Shown: positions 41,650-51,708, numbered from the stretch's first letter. The stretch is DNA of 64,000 bases from Nitrospinales bacterium (GCA_046757665.1 JBHHYO010000005.1:8983-72982); one strand, 5' to 3'. Notes: a model not told the origin generated them from the letters alone. Program-made: numbers and translations.

Positions 41650-44600
41650 GCCTCTACCTTTAATATCTTCAAGCTCTCGATTCCCCGGTCATCGACGATC
41701 TTGACCGCCACCTGCCCGTGCTTTCCGGGTTCAAATGGCAGGGATACCGTTCCCCGGTAGGCTTCGATCAGTTCCTCGTCAATCTCGGCCCTTAAATTTT
41801 TCGCCAGCCGCGACCAGCCGTCTTTTTCGCCGGACATGGGGAAGAATACTTGCCGGGGGTACAGGCTCCTTTCATCGTAATCCATGTCCAGCATCCACAG
41901 GGCGATCTTCCCGGTGTCGCCCGACTCAATGGCTCCGGTCCTGGTGTTGTAGTAATCGAATCCATGCACTTCCACCTCGAATTTTCCCTTGTCCTCCCCC
42001 TTGCCGATTCGGCGAAGCTCCACGTCCGGCTGGCCGATCAGCCAGAACGACTGGTTGCCGGAGCGTCTCTTTTTGAGGTCGTCGGTCAGCAAGTCGGTGT
42101 TCATTTGCACCTTGAGGAAGATCATACCGGTTTTTTCTTCCGTCAGTTCGTCAATGTCTTTTGCCGCTTCCGGATCAAACTGGAACGATGCGAAGAGGAT
42201 GATGGCGGGCTTGGGAATCAGGGCCCGGGCTTCATGCCAGGCCATCTCCACCTGTTTCTGCTCCAGCGGCGCGTGTTCCGGACCGTAGGAAATGACCACC
42301 CTCTGCGGCTTGCCGTAGATGACATCTTTTTCCTTGACCGTATCCTTGCCCTTGTCGTTGGGCCGGGTCTCGGCGTCGGCATGGAGCCAGCGCGTGCCGG
42401 CCAGCGGCTCGACGCGGGAGAACAAAATCATCTGCCCGTTCTTGCCGCGCACCCCGGTTTTTAGCAATTCGCTCCGCCATTCATCATGACGTTGCGTTTC
42501 TCCCGATCTTGCAACCGACTCATCGGCGTCAAATCCCCTCTCCCCATGGGAGAGGGTTGGGGTGAGGGCATCATAAATACTCTGCAACACCCCTTCTGTC
42601 TGGGCGAACACCTCGTTATTCCAGAATCGCAGGACATGAACACCTTTTTGCTCGAAAAAAGCCGTGCGTTTCCGGTCGTCGGCCTCCCTTTTCGGCTCGT
42701 TGTGTTGACCACCGTCGAGTTCGATGCCCAAGCGCGCCTCGTGGCAGTAAAAATCCAGAACATAGGGATCAACCGGGTGTTGCCGCCGAAATTTGCATCC
42801 CGCCAGGCGGCGGTCGCGCAACAGCGCCCAAAGCAGTTGTTCCGCCTGCGTTTGTTCCTTGCGGAGTTTGCGCGCAAATTCCAGAAGATCGGCGGGCAGG
42901 GGTTTCTTCCCCTCACCCTTCCCCCTCTCCCCATGGGAGAGGGTTGGGGTGAGGGCTTCCTCTAATGGTTTGACCATCGGGGCGGGCACGGCCTCGACGG
43001 TGAACGGGCCGGTGACCCTGGCGCGGGATTTATCCAGTTCAGGCTGATCGTACAGGGTTTCCCGTCCAGGCGGCTCGTTGTTAGCGATGGATTTCAGGGT
43101 GATGTGCGGCACCGTCTTGTAAACGAACCCGCTCCCCACCCCCTCGTCCGGGTGCGCCAGCTTGTAATAGTCGTACAAGGCCGTCATGATCCTCTGCTTG
43201 GCCAGCGTGACGGCAACTCGTGAAGTATCGCAGGTAATCCACCGCCGCCCCCACTGCTCCGCCACGTACGCCGTCGTTCCCGAACCGCAAGTCGGATCGA
43301 ACACCAAATCGCCGGGGTCCGTCGTCATGAGGAGGCAACGCTGGATTACCTTGGTCGAAGTCATCACAACATACCGGACACCTTCATTAAATCTAAATAC
43401 CGTGGTGTCCTCCCATAAATGGGAAAGTCCTTGATATGGAAAATCTTCGATATAACGTTTATAACAAAGGCGTTTTTCGCCACGAATCACTAATCTTTTT
43501 AATTGCTTTAATCTATCTAGGCCCTCGATAGAACAGCTCCAGTGTCTGTCTTTCCCGGGGTGAAAACATTTGTCCTTGTATTCATAATTAGTGGTTCTAT
43601 TTGGAGAAGGATTTTGGGAAGTAAGGTCAGACATCCAAAAACGCTTTCCATTGGGAATTGGTTCAAAACCCTCCAACTGTTTTTTAGTAAGCGCACACCA
43701 TGTACCATTCGGCTTTTCCACATATTTATAATTTTCCAGAATGGCATCCCTGGGTTTTGGAATGAAAAGCGAACGATACTTCACATGTTTTTTTTCCTTT
43801 CCATACCAAAGAACATAATCCATAACTGTAGGGATGAGGTTTGATGTTGCGCTACTGGTTTTTACAAATTGGATTTGGGAACAAAAATTTTTTACCCCAA
43901 AAACCTCATCCATCAAATTTCGCACGAGGTGCACATTCTCGTCGCTGATCTGCACGAAGCACGAGCCGCTTTCGTGGAGCAGTTCGCGGGCCAGCAGTAA
44001 GCGGTCGCGCAGGTAAGTCAAATACGAGTGAATCCCCAGTTCCCAGGTGTCGCGGAAGGCGCGGATCATTTCCGGCTCCTGGTTCAAGTCGTCGTCCTTG
44101 CCGTCCTTCACGTCCCGCTTATTGACGAACGGCTGGAAATTGGAGCCGTATTTGATGCCGTAAGGCGGGTCGATATAGACCATCTGCACCTGTCCCGCCA
44201 TGCCCTCCTTCTCCAGCAGGGAGTTCATGACCAGCAGGGAATCCCCGGCAATCAACCGGTTCGACCAGTTATGGGCGTGTTTGTAAAAGTCCAGAGCTTC
44301 TCTTAATGGCGGGTTTTCCTCCGGCGACTCGAACAATCCCATTTGCCCGTGGTCGTTGCCGTTGCGCCTTTTAACGGCTTCCATGACGGTTTTGGGGTCC
44401 ATGCGTTCATGAACGTGCAGGGAGACGGTGGGGACTTCAAAACTGGTATGCTCGGTTTTCCCTGCCCATTGCAGGGCGGGGTCGAGGTGGGGATCGTAGG
44501 AGTATTTCTTCTTGCCCGATTCTTTATCCGTGGCGGGAGTGACGAGTCCTACCGGAGGGTTGTTCTTCCGCTTCTTGTCCTCATGGCCGTATTGTTCGAT

Positions 44601-44651
44601 GGGTTTTTTGGAAGATTTAACTTTGGATTTGACATTCTTTTGGCGAGCCAT
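41646..44651 (-). CDS. mod: Type III R-M Mod methyltransferase with in-frame DUF559 endonuclease insertion
   Basis: NRLIAGDSL, YIDPPY, FDPTCGSGTT (beta-class order), C-terminal VKIVDDRG; DUF559 motifs FRRQH, DFYC, IELDG.QH, VLRFWN. Confidence 0.9.
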   Translation of the reverse strand: MARQKNVKSKVKSSKKPIEQYGHEDKKRKNNPPVGLVTPATDKESGKKKYSYDPHLDPALQWAGKTEHTSFEVPTVSLHVHERMDPKTVMEAVKRRNGNDHGQMGLFESPEENPPLREALDFYKHAHNWSNRLIAGDSLLVMNSLLEKEGMAGQVQMVYIDPPYGIKYGSNFQPFVNKRDVKDGKDDDLNQEPEMIRAFRDTWELGIHSYLTYLRDRLLLARELLHESGSCFVQISDENVHLVRNLMDEVFGVKNFCSQIQFVKTSSATSNLIPTVMDYVLWYGKEKKHVKYRSLFIPKPRDAILENYKYVEKPNGTWCALTKKQLEGFEPIPNGKRFWMSDLTSQNPSPNRTTNYEYKDKCFHPGKDRHWSCSIEGLDRLKQLKRLVIRGEKRLCYKRYIEDFPYQGLSHLWEDTTVFRFNEGVRYVVMTSTKVIQRCLLMTTDPGDLVFDPTCGSGTTAYVAEQWGRRWITCDTSRVAVTLAKQRIMTALYDYYKLAHPDEGVGSGFVYKTVPHITLKSIANNEPPGRETLYDQPELDKSRARVTGPFTVEAVPAPMVKPLEEALTPTLSHGERGKGEGKKPLPADLLEFARKLRKEQTQAEQLLWALLRDRRLAGCKFRRQHPVDPYVLDFYCHEARLGIELDGGQHNEPKREADDRKRTAFFEQKGVHVLRFWNNEVFAQTEGVLQSIYDALTPTLSHGERGFDADESVARSGETQRHDEWRSELLKTGVRGKNGQMILFSRVEPLAGTRWLHADAETRPNDKGKDTVKEKDVIYGKPQRVVISYGPEHAPLEQKQVEMAWHEARALIPKPAIILFASFQFDPEAAKDIDELTEEKTGMIFLKVQMNTDLLTDDLKKRRSGNQSFWLIGQPDVELRRIGKGEDKGKFEVEVHGFDYYNTRTGAIESGDTGKIALWMLDMDYDERSLYPRQVFFPMSGEKDGWSRLAKNLRAEIDEELIEAYRGTVSLPFEPGKHGQVAVKIVDDRGIESLKILKVEA
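42535..42569. repeat. 35-bp palindromic direct repeat, copy 1
   Basis: CCCCTCTCCCCATGGGAGAGGGTTGGGGTGAGGGC; encodes ALTPTLSHGERG on the minus strand. Confidence 0.95.
42910..42956. repeat. 35-bp palindromic direct repeat, copy 2 (42922-42956), extended into a full hairpin
   Basis: Identical 35-mer, plus CCCTCACCC at 42910-42918 pairing with GGGTGAGGG at 42947-42955. Confidence 0.95.
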
Positions 44652-44717
44652 CCCAGTATCTCCAGTGGGACACGATTTTAACTTCAGGCTGATTAAACTA
44701 CACGGGCGGGTGGAAAG

Positions 44718-46070
44718 TCAACAAGGAGCTTCGGCGTTCCGACCGGCAAGGCAAGCGCCCTTGAGGACGTGGCCGGAGGCCTCTTGCACCTTGACGGTCA
44801 CGAAGTCGCCGGGTTTGAGGGCGCCGGTTGCGCCGTTGACATGCACCATCCAGTAGTGTGCGTTGCGGCCCTTGAAGTCGGCGCCGTCACGGCCGGCGCG
44901 TCCCTCGATCAACACCTCCACCTCACCGCCGACGTACTTGGCGCCGTTTTGCGCCGTCAGGCGTTTTTGCAGTTCGAGGACGGTTTGCAGGCGTTCCTTC
45001 TTCACCGCGTCGGGCACGGTGTCCGGCAGGTTCTCCGCCGGCGTGCCGGGGCGCGGGCTGTAGGCGAACATATAACTGCTGTCGTAACCGACGCGCTCCA
45101 TCAGGCGCAATGTCTCCCGAAACTCCGCGTCGGTTTCGCCGGGGAAGCCGACGATGATGTCGGTGGACAGGGCGATATCCGGGACGGCGGATTTCAGGTC
45201 ATCGACGAGCCGCAGGTATTCCGCCGACGTGTAACCGCGGCGCATCGCCCGCAGAACCCGGTCGCCGCCGCACTGCACGGGCAGGTGAAGGTGGTTCGCC
45301 AAGACGCCGAGGTCGCGGTAGGCGCGGACGGTTTGCGGCGTGAAATCATTGGGATGGCTGGTGGTGAAGCGCAATCGCTCGACGCCGGGGATTGCCGCCA
45401 CGCCGTACAGCAGTTCGTGAAACGCCGTGGGCCGGCGCAGGCCGTGTTTGCCGTAGGCGTTGACGTTTTGCCCCAGCAAAATGATTTCGCGCGCGCCGCG
45501 GCGCACCAACTGCCGCGCTTCGGCGTAAATTTCCCCGGCCTCCCGCGACTTCTCCCGCCCGCGGGTCAGCGGCACAATGCAGAAGCTGCAAAACTTGTCG
45601 CAACCTTTGATGATGTTGACGAACGCCGACGGCCCCGGCGTCCGCGGGCCTTCCAGCGCCGGGATGGAATATTCTTTTTCCTTGTCGAACTCCGTCCAGA
45701 CCAGCGGCCGGCTCCGGGTTTGCACCCGGTCGATGGCCGTGGCGATGCGTTCCACCGTGTCCGGCCCCAAAACGAAATCCAGCCAGGGAAATTTCCTGAC
45801 CAGCCGGTCGCCCTCCTGTTGCGCCAGGCACCCCGTCAGCCCCAGCATCAATCCGGGATTGCTCTTCTTGAGCGGTCGAAAACTGCCCAGCAGTGACACG
45901 ATTTTGTGCTCGGCCTTTTCCCGCACGGAGCAGGTGTTGACCAGAATAAGATCCGCGTCTTCCTTGCGGAGCGTGCGCAGGTAACCGGAATGGAACAGCA
46001 GAAGCTCCATACGGTCGGTGTCCGCCACGTTCATCTGGCAACCGAAAGTTTGCAGGTAAACTTGTTTCAT
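44718..46070 (-). CDS. miaB: tRNA methylthiotransferase MiaB
   Basis: TFGCQMN, NTCSVREKAE, GCDKFCSFC, LLGQNVN, FTTSHP, DIIVGFPGET, YSPRPGT, TRAM domain. Confidence 0.95.
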   Translation of the reverse strand: MKQVYLQTFGCQMNVADTDRMELLLFHSGYLRTLRKEDADLILVNTCSVREKAEHKIVSLLGSFRPLKKSNPGLMLGLTGCLAQQEGDRLVRKFPWLDFVLGPDTVERIATAIDRVQTRSRPLVWTEFDKEKEYSIPALEGPRTPGPSAFVNIIKGCDKFCSFCIVPLTRGREKSREAGEIYAEARQLVRRGAREIILLGQNVNAYGKHGLRRPTAFHELLYGVAAIPGVERLRFTTSHPNDFTPQTVRAYRDLGVLANHLHLPVQCGGDRVLRAMRRGYTSAEYLRLVDDLKSAVPDIALSTDIIVGFPGETDAEFRETLRLMERVGYDSSYMFAYSPRPGTPAENLPDTVPDAVKKERLQTVLELQKRLTAQNGAKYVGGEVEVLIEGRAGRDGADFKGRNAHYWMVHVNGATGALKPGDFVTVKVQEASGHVLKGACLAGRNAEAPC

Positions 46071-46108
46071 ACGAGACGAGTGAGAGGAAATTATCGGACC
46101 CGGGCGGG

Positions 46109-46606
46109 TTATTTCCCGGAGACCGCTATGCGACCGGCCAGCAGAGGGGTGTCCTTGGCAAACACTTTCGCCGAAACGATTTTTTCCTGGTTCAGGACAA
46201 AAATCAAATGGCGCTTCGGATAACGGGCCACGCCGGATTTAAACGACTCCGGCACGCCGTATTTTTCGATCATGGTTTTAAAACTGTCGCCAATCTTGAT
46301 CCCGGCGGCAAAACGGCCCGCGAATCTCAGGCTCACCTCGATACCCTCGACTACGCTTCCCTTGTTTACGGCATGGATGACGACTCCGTGGTCTACATAC
46401 GCAATGGCGATGCCGTCGGATAAGCGGTCGGTTCCCCGTCTCACCTGGATTCTTTTGGGAAGGCCCAACAGTTTAAAAGCATCCGTCAGGGGCATACCGA
46501 CTTTCAGGTTTTCCCCGACGACCAACTCGTTTTCGTTTTCAGCCCCGGCGGGAATCGCGGAACAAGCAACAAACAGCGCAAGGAAAATCAGTTTGACGAA
46601 TTTCAC
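46109..46606 (-). CDS. Secreted hypothetical protein
   Basis: Signal peptide; two internal repeats (LKVGM...LGLP and IKIGD...YGVP); GAGGGAG RBS. Confidence 0.7.
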   Translation of the reverse strand: MKFVKLIFLALFVACSAIPAGAENENELVVGENLKVGMPLTDAFKLLGLPKRIQVRRGTDRLSDGIAIAYVDHGVVIHAVNKGSVVEGIEVSLRFAGRFAAGIKIGDSFKTMIEKYGVPESFKSGVARYPKRHLIFVLNQEKIVSAKVFAKDTPLLAGRIAVSGK

Positions 46607-46776
46607 GGGTTCTCCCTCGGAATATGGCGTTGATCACCGATGCCGCTAGCGGCGCGGCTTTTTATTATAACCCCTGACGGGCGTTTTACTAAAAAATTAG
46701 AGTCTGTCATTTTACCAAAAGAAGCCCCGCATTGGCGACATGAAAAATCCGCGGCGCTTTTCCCTCCTTTTGTTCG

Positions 46777-48102
46777 CTACGAGAATGGTTCTCCCATGTT
46801 TTTCCGGCGGTCGCGTTTCTTTTTGGTTTTGTCTTTTTGATATTTCCGCCATTGAGCCGGGTCGTCTTTTTTGGAAACGGCGATTTCCTCCGAAACGCTT
46901 GCCAGAACCGGCGGCGGGACTTTGCGCGCCGGGGCCCTGGGTTTGCGGATCGCGTATTTTCTTTTGCCCTCGCACTCCTTGAGCGTCAGGCCGGACTCCA
47001 TTTCATACAGGTCCTTGAGCGCCGGGGAGCGCCGTTTGGCGAACAGGGCTTCGCCGCGGCTTTTGATTTCCCCGGCGTTGACGAGCCCCGTCCGCCAGTC
47101 CCGCGGAATGCGCGCAAACCCGTAAAGCGCCCCGGCGAGGGCTCCGGTCACCGCGCCCAGCCTGTCCGCCTCGCCCCCCCGGTTGAGGACAGAAGTCAGG
47201 ACGGGGGCAAAACCGTTCCCGGCTTGCAACAGCGTGGCCACGGCCAAGGGCAACAGGGTCAGCGTATACCCCTGGGCCGCGTGGGAGACGGGTTGCCGGG
47301 TAAAGTCCGAGGCGTAGCGGCAGATCAGGCGGGCAAGCTCCGGCAGTTCCACTCGTCCGAGGTTTTCTTCCAGCAGGCTGAATACGCCGTCCAGCGCCAG
47401 GCTTTCCTTGTCCTGCATGTCGTTGCCCAGTCGGGTTTGCAGGCCGGCGCGGATTTCCCGGCAAAACGCCGCCGCCGCCGGCAGAACGCCTTCCAGAGCT
47501 GTCGCCGGCGCCTCTTCCGGGCCGATTTCCAGGGGCAAAAACCGGTTGATGAGAAAAGCGGTCAGCGCCACGCCCATCAATTCCACGGGGTTCCGGGTCA
47601 GCAGTATACCGAGGTCCAGGCAACGCTCGCGGATGACGCCGGGCCGCCCGCGGTAGTAGAGCGCAATGGGAACGGCCAGGGCGAGATACGCGCCGTTACA
47701 CACGTTCGCATCTGCCCGCGTCAGGTCATCCCGCCGGGACAGCTCTTCCGCCGTCTTGCGAAACCAGGCGTCCGGGTTGCGGTAAACGCCGAAATAAGTT
47801 TCCGGTCCGCCCTGGCTCAACTCCTGAAAGCGGCCGGCGGCTTCCGGCAAATCGATACCCTTGTGCTGAAGAAGCGTATCGCAAACGACCAGGGCCATCT
47901 GCGTCTGCCAGCCGTAGAGCCCCTGCATCCTGTAATGGCGAACGCCCCGGCCGAGGAACGGACGCACGTCCTTGTACCCGTCCATCACGCGGAAACACTG
48001 AGCGATGGTCGCCGGCTTGAGGCCACGCGCTGTCGAGCCCATGGCATCGCCCACCGCCATGCCGAACCAGCTTCCCAACACCTTGTCCTGGGTTGTTTTC
48101 AT
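46777..48102 (-). CDS. ADP-ribosylglycohydrolase (DraG/ARH) family protein with degenerate active site
   Basis: G.AVGDAMG, TQMAL, NG, GG.AD..GA.TGALAGA.YG...IP..W. Confidence 0.82.
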   Translation of the reverse strand: MKTTQDKVLGSWFGMAVGDAMGSTARGLKPATIAQCFRVMDGYKDVRPFLGRGVRHYRMQGLYGWQTQMALVVCDTLLQHKGIDLPEAAGRFQELSQGGPETYFGVYRNPDAWFRKTAEELSRRDDLTRADANVCNGAYLALAVPIALYYRGRPGVIRERCLDLGILLTRNPVELMGVALTAFLINRFLPLEIGPEEAPATALEGVLPAAAAFCREIRAGLQTRLGNDMQDKESLALDGVFSLLEENLGRVELPELARLICRYASDFTRQPVSHAAQGYTLTLLPLAVATLLQAGNGFAPVLTSVLNRGGEADRLGAVTGALAGALYGFARIPRDWRTGLVNAGEIKSRGEALFAKRRSPALKDLYEMESGLTLKECEGKRKYAIRKPRAPARKVPPPVLASVSEEIAVSKKDDPAQWRKYQKDKTKKKRDRRKNMGEPFS

Positions 48103-48120
48103 GAAATCATCCCCGCGATT

Positions 48121-48885
48121 TCAGCGGATGGCGAGAAGGTCCGTGGGCCGGTCCTGCCGGGCCAGAATCATGTCCGCGGAGCTTCGTTGCAGACTCTGCC
48201 GCACCGTCACTTCCGCGATGGCGGGATGGTTGTTCTTCTCGCTCAGGTGCATCAAAACCACCGTTTGCAGGCCGTCGTGGTTGACCGCGGACAAAAGGTC
48301 GGCGCAGGCTTCATTGGAAAGGTGCCCCAGGTCGCTTTTGATCCTTCTCTTCAAAGCCCAGGGGTAGGCTCCGGCGTCGAGCATTTCGACATCGTGGTTG
48401 GCCTCCAGCAGAAGCGCGTCGGCGTTTTTCAGTTTTTCGCGCACCAGCGGGGTGACGGAGCCCAGGTCGGTGGCGTGTCCCAGCTTGCGGTTTCCGCAAC
48501 CGATAACGAAGGCCACCGGTTCCGCCGCGTCGTGAGGGGTGGCGTAGGCCTCCACGCACAGGTCACCGATCATGACCCGGCACGAGGGTTTCAGTACCCG
48601 CCGGTCGGCAATGTTCTGCTTGCCGGTTTCCTGGTGCGTTCCCGCCGTGCCATAAACAGGCAAGCGATATTTCCGCGTCACCGGGCCAAGCCCCTTGACG
48701 TGGTCGCTGTGTTCGTGCGTCAGAAACACCGCGTCCACATCCTCCGGCGCGCGGCCGATGGCCTGAAGCCTGGCGGTCAACTCCTTCTGGCTCAGCCCGG
48801 CGTCGATCAGGATTCGCGAGCCGGGAGATTCGACATAGATGCAGTTGCCCTTGCTACCGCTGGAAAGTACGGAGAATCTGAAAAT
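48121..48885 (-). CDS. MBL-fold metallo-hydrolase (YycJ/WalJ-like), probable AUU start
   Basis: FSVLSSGSKGNC, LIDAG, THEHSDH, HDA, TDLG, EANHD, GHLSN, HLS..NN. Homology extends 35 codons upstream of the ORF-track start. Confidence 0.88.
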   Translation of the reverse strand: MFRFSVLSSGSKGNCIYVESPGSRILIDAGLSQKELTARLQAIGRAPEDVDAVFLTHEHSDHVKGLGPVTRKYRLPVYGTAGTHQETGKQNIADRRVLKPSCRVMIGDLCVEAYATPHDAAEPVAFVIGCGNRKLGHATDLGSVTPLVREKLKNADALLLEANHDVEMLDAGAYPWALKRRIKSDLGHLSNEACADLLSAVNHDGLQTVVLMHLSEKNNHPAIAEVTVRQSLQRSSADMILARQDRPTDLLAIR

Positions 48886-48951
48886 GACGTCTCCTTAAGG
48901 TTGTGGGGGTTGACGGCGCCCGGCGCAACGGACGCGGCGGGGGAAACCGGT

Positions 48952-50436
48952 TCAGTCCTCGATCTGCGCTTTCTGAAGTGTGCCGCTGTAATCCACGTAC
49001 ACCGATTTCCATTCGGTAAAAATGTCCAGGGCCGCCGTGCCGGCTTCGCGGTGGCCGTTGCCGGTTCCCTTGGTTCCTCCGAAGGGAAGCTGGATTTCCG
49101 CGCCGATGGTGGATGAGTTGATATAAACGATGCCCGTGTCCAGGCGCTCCATCGCCCGAAACGCCCGGTTCACATCCTGAGTATAAATCGCCGAGGACAG
49201 GCCGTACCGGGAGTCGTTAACAATTTCCACGGCGTGTTCCAGCGATTTGCAGGAGATCAGGCCCAGAACGGGGCCGAAAATTTCCTCCTGGGCGATGCGC
49301 ATTTTCGGATGCACGTCGGCGAACAGCGTCGGTTTGTAAAAATAGCCTGCCTTGCATTCCTTGCCGCCGTGGTAGCCGCCGCCGACCAGCAACTCTGCGC
49401 CCTCTTCCTTGCCGAGGACGACATAGCGGTGAACTCTTTCCCGTTGCGTCGCGTTGATCAGGGGGCCGACGTCGGTTTTCGGGTTCAGTCCGTCGCCGCA
49501 TTTCAGGGTTTTGACGCGCCGCACCAGCAGGTCGGTGAATTTTTTAATGATCTTCCGGCTGACGATGACGCGGCTACAAGCGGTGCACCGTTGTCCCGTG
49601 GTTCCGAAAGCGCCCCAGACCACGCCTTCGACGGCGGACTCCAGATTGGCATCTTCCAAAACGATGATGGCGTTCTTGCCCCCCATTTCCAGCGAAAACT
49701 GTTTCATCTGCCGGGCGCAGTCACTGGCAATCGCGCCGCCGGTTTCCGTCGAACCGGTGAACGACACCAGATTGACTTCCGGATGGTTGACCAGGGGCAC
49801 GCCGACATGCTCTCCCGATCCTGTGACCAGGTTCAACACGCCGGGCGGCAGGCCGGCTTCCTCGAACAGCTTGACGAAATTGCAGGCGGAGAGCGGCGTA
49901 TCGCTGGCGGGCTTGAACACCACGGTGTTGCCGGTCACCAAGGCGGGAATCAGTTTCCACGACGGGATGGCGATGGGAAAATTCCAGGGGGTAATGGCGG
50001 CGGCCAGGCCGACCGGCATCCGCACCGACAGGCAAAACTTGTTCGTCAACTCGGAGGGGCAAGTCTGCCCGTGCAACCGCCTTCCCTCGCCGGCGGTGAA
50101 ATAGGCCAGGTCGATGCCTTCCTGAACGTCGCCGCGGGTTTCTTTGAGGATTTTCCCCATTTCGCGGGTCATTTGTTGGGCGAGGGGTTCTTTTTGCCGC
50201 GCCAGCATCTCGGCAACGCGGTAAAGAATTTCGGCGCGTTTGGGAGCCGGGGTGTTGCGCCAGGAGGCGCGCGCCTGCGCTGCGGCGGCGACGGCCATAT
50301 TGACGTCCTCCGCCGTCGATTGCTGAAACCGGCCCAGCACCTCCTGGTGGTTGGCGGGGTTTCTGTTCTCAAACGTTTCGCCGCCGGCGGACGGGCGCCA
50401 CTCACCGTTGATAAAATTGTGATAGGTCTTGGTCAT
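48952..50436 (-). CDS. Aldehyde dehydrogenase family protein
   Basis: [41 protein letters not shown]. Confidence 0.95.
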   Translation of the reverse strand: MTKTYHNFINGEWRPSAGGETFENRNPANHQEVLGRFQQSTAEDVNMAVAAAAQARASWRNTPAPKRAEILYRVAEMLARQKEPLAQQMTREMGKILKETRGDVQEGIDLAYFTAGEGRRLHGQTCPSELTNKFCLSVRMPVGLAAAITPWNFPIAIPSWKLIPALVTGNTVVFKPASDTPLSACNFVKLFEEAGLPPGVLNLVTGSGEHVGVPLVNHPEVNLVSFTGSTETGGAIASDCARQMKQFSLEMGGKNAIIVLEDANLESAVEGVVWGAFGTTGQRCTACSRVIVSRKIIKKFTDLLVRRVKTLKCGDGLNPKTDVGPLINATQRERVHRYVVLGKEEGAELLVGGGYHGGKECKAGYFYKPTLFADVHPKMRIAQEEIFGPVLGLISCKSLEHAVEIVNDSRYGLSSAIYTQDVNRAFRAMERLDTGIVYINSSTIGAEIQLPFGGTKGTGNGHREAGTAALDIFTEWKSVYVDYSGTLQKAQIED

Positions 50437-50467
50437 CCTCGGCAGAATAGCAAATGCCCCTAGGTTG

Positions 50468-51691
50468 TCAAGTCGATTGCCCGCCCTCCCCGCTTGCCCC
50501 GGCGGGCCGTGGTTTTGCGGGGAAACCGGGGACGGCGCACCGGCTCAACAAGCTGAACGCGATCAGGCCCACCAGCATTGTGGGAGCAATATGCGCCGGG
50601 AAATTGACCGTCGCTGAACCGCCGAACAAAAGAAGTGAACACAGCAAAATCCATTTCTCCCGGTTCAACGGTTTCAAGTTTCCCAAAGGAATGGCCACGG
50701 CGCCGACCAGCAAGATCATGCCCACAAGGCCCGCCTCATACAGGAATTGCAGGAAATCGTTGTGCGCGTAGGTGAAGACGCCGTACGTCTTCATTTTCTG
50801 TTGCCGCGGAAATTGTTCCTTGAACGTGCCCAGACCATGGCCCAGGAGCCAATGGGTTTTGTATTGCTCAAGGATTTCGGCGTAAATGATTTTGCGGATT
50901 TTGATGGATTGAATCGGCCCGGCTTCCCGGTTCACGCCGCGGCCCGCGGCGGGCGAATATTTTTCCGCAATCACTGCCGCCAGCACGGCCGTCATGACGA
51001 CCCCCGCCACCAGGGCGCGCTTCTTGTTCAGGAAAAAAAAGACGAAAGGGAAACCGACCAGGACAAAACTCATCCAGTCGTTGGGGTTGCCGAATACTCC
51101 GTTGACCCGCAAATGCGGAACCACCTCGGGCAGTTGCAGGTCCATGGCGACATCCATGCGGTCGCCGACTTTCCGGTAAGTGATTTTTTTGAGATAGTTG
51201 TTGCCCGGCACCGCGTGCTCCCCTTCCTCGAGTTTTCCGGCGCGGATCAGTTCGTCGGTGTATTGCTTGACATACCGTGCGCTGTCATAGCGAATCGCCG
51301 CGTTCACCACGGAAAGAATGGGATGCAGGTGGAAATACTGAAGAGCGCCGTACCCCAGCACCACGCAGAACGACAGGGCGACGGCTTTTTTCAGCCAGTG
51401 AAAATCGTCCTCGGCCCACTGGATGAACAGGTAGAGGCCGGAGAAAGCCAGCACCGGGATCAACGCGGCGAAGGACACGTCGTTGTCACGGAAAACGGAA
51501 AAGAGGTCGAGGTAGGCGAGCAGGCAGGCGTAACTTTTGTTGTAAAACCAGATGCCATAAACCAGGAGGAGGGCCAGGATGCCGACAACGGCTTTCTCCT
51601 TGACCTGCCGGCTCCAGTCGCCCTCCATGGGCATGGAAAATATCCACGGCGAAAGGAGCACGGCGGCGGCGATGACGTATTTGTAGAACAT
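50468..51691 (-). CDS. O-antigen ligase-like membrane protein (possible pilin oligosaccharyltransferase)
   Basis: Multi-[29 protein letters not shown]. Confidence 0.75.
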   Translation of the reverse strand: MFYKYVIAAAVLLSPWIFSMPMEGDWSRQVKEKAVVGILALLLVYGIWFYNKSYACLLAYLDLFSVFRDNDVSFAALIPVLAFSGLYLFIQWAEDDFHWLKKAVALSFCVVLGYGALQYFHLHPILSVVNAAIRYDSARYVKQYTDELIRAGKLEEGEHAVPGNNYLKKITYRKVGDRMDVAMDLQLPEVVPHLRVNGVFGNPNDWMSFVLVGFPFVFFFLNKKRALVAGVVMTAVLAAVIAEKYSPAAGRGVNREAGPIQSIKIRKIIYAEILEQYKTHWLLGHGLGTFKEQFPRQQKMKTYGVFTYAHNDFLQFLYEAGLVGMILLVGAVAIPLGNLKPLNREKWILLCSLLLFGGSATVNFPAHIAPTMLVGLIAFSLLSRCAVPGFPAKPRPAGASGEGGQST

Positions 51692-51708
51692 GGGGGACGG
51701 GCCCCGGC

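Larger units (their letters stand above)
42535..42956 (-). mobile_element. Putative repeat-bounded DUF559 endonuclease cassette
   Basis: Nuclease domain lies exactly between two identical palindromic repeats 387 bp (129 codons) apart. Mobility is inferred. Confidence 0.6.

Noticed and set aside
42535-42956. Repeat pair as a CRISPR array, or the insertion as an intein
   Set aside because: Only two copies 387 bp apart and no cas genes; no intein splice residues (N-terminal Cys/Ser, C-terminal His-Asn) at the boundaries.
36437-44717. tRNA-Val as integration site of the R-M island
   Set aside because: The island lies on the 5' side of the tRNA, and I found no duplicated tRNA 3' end or integrase.
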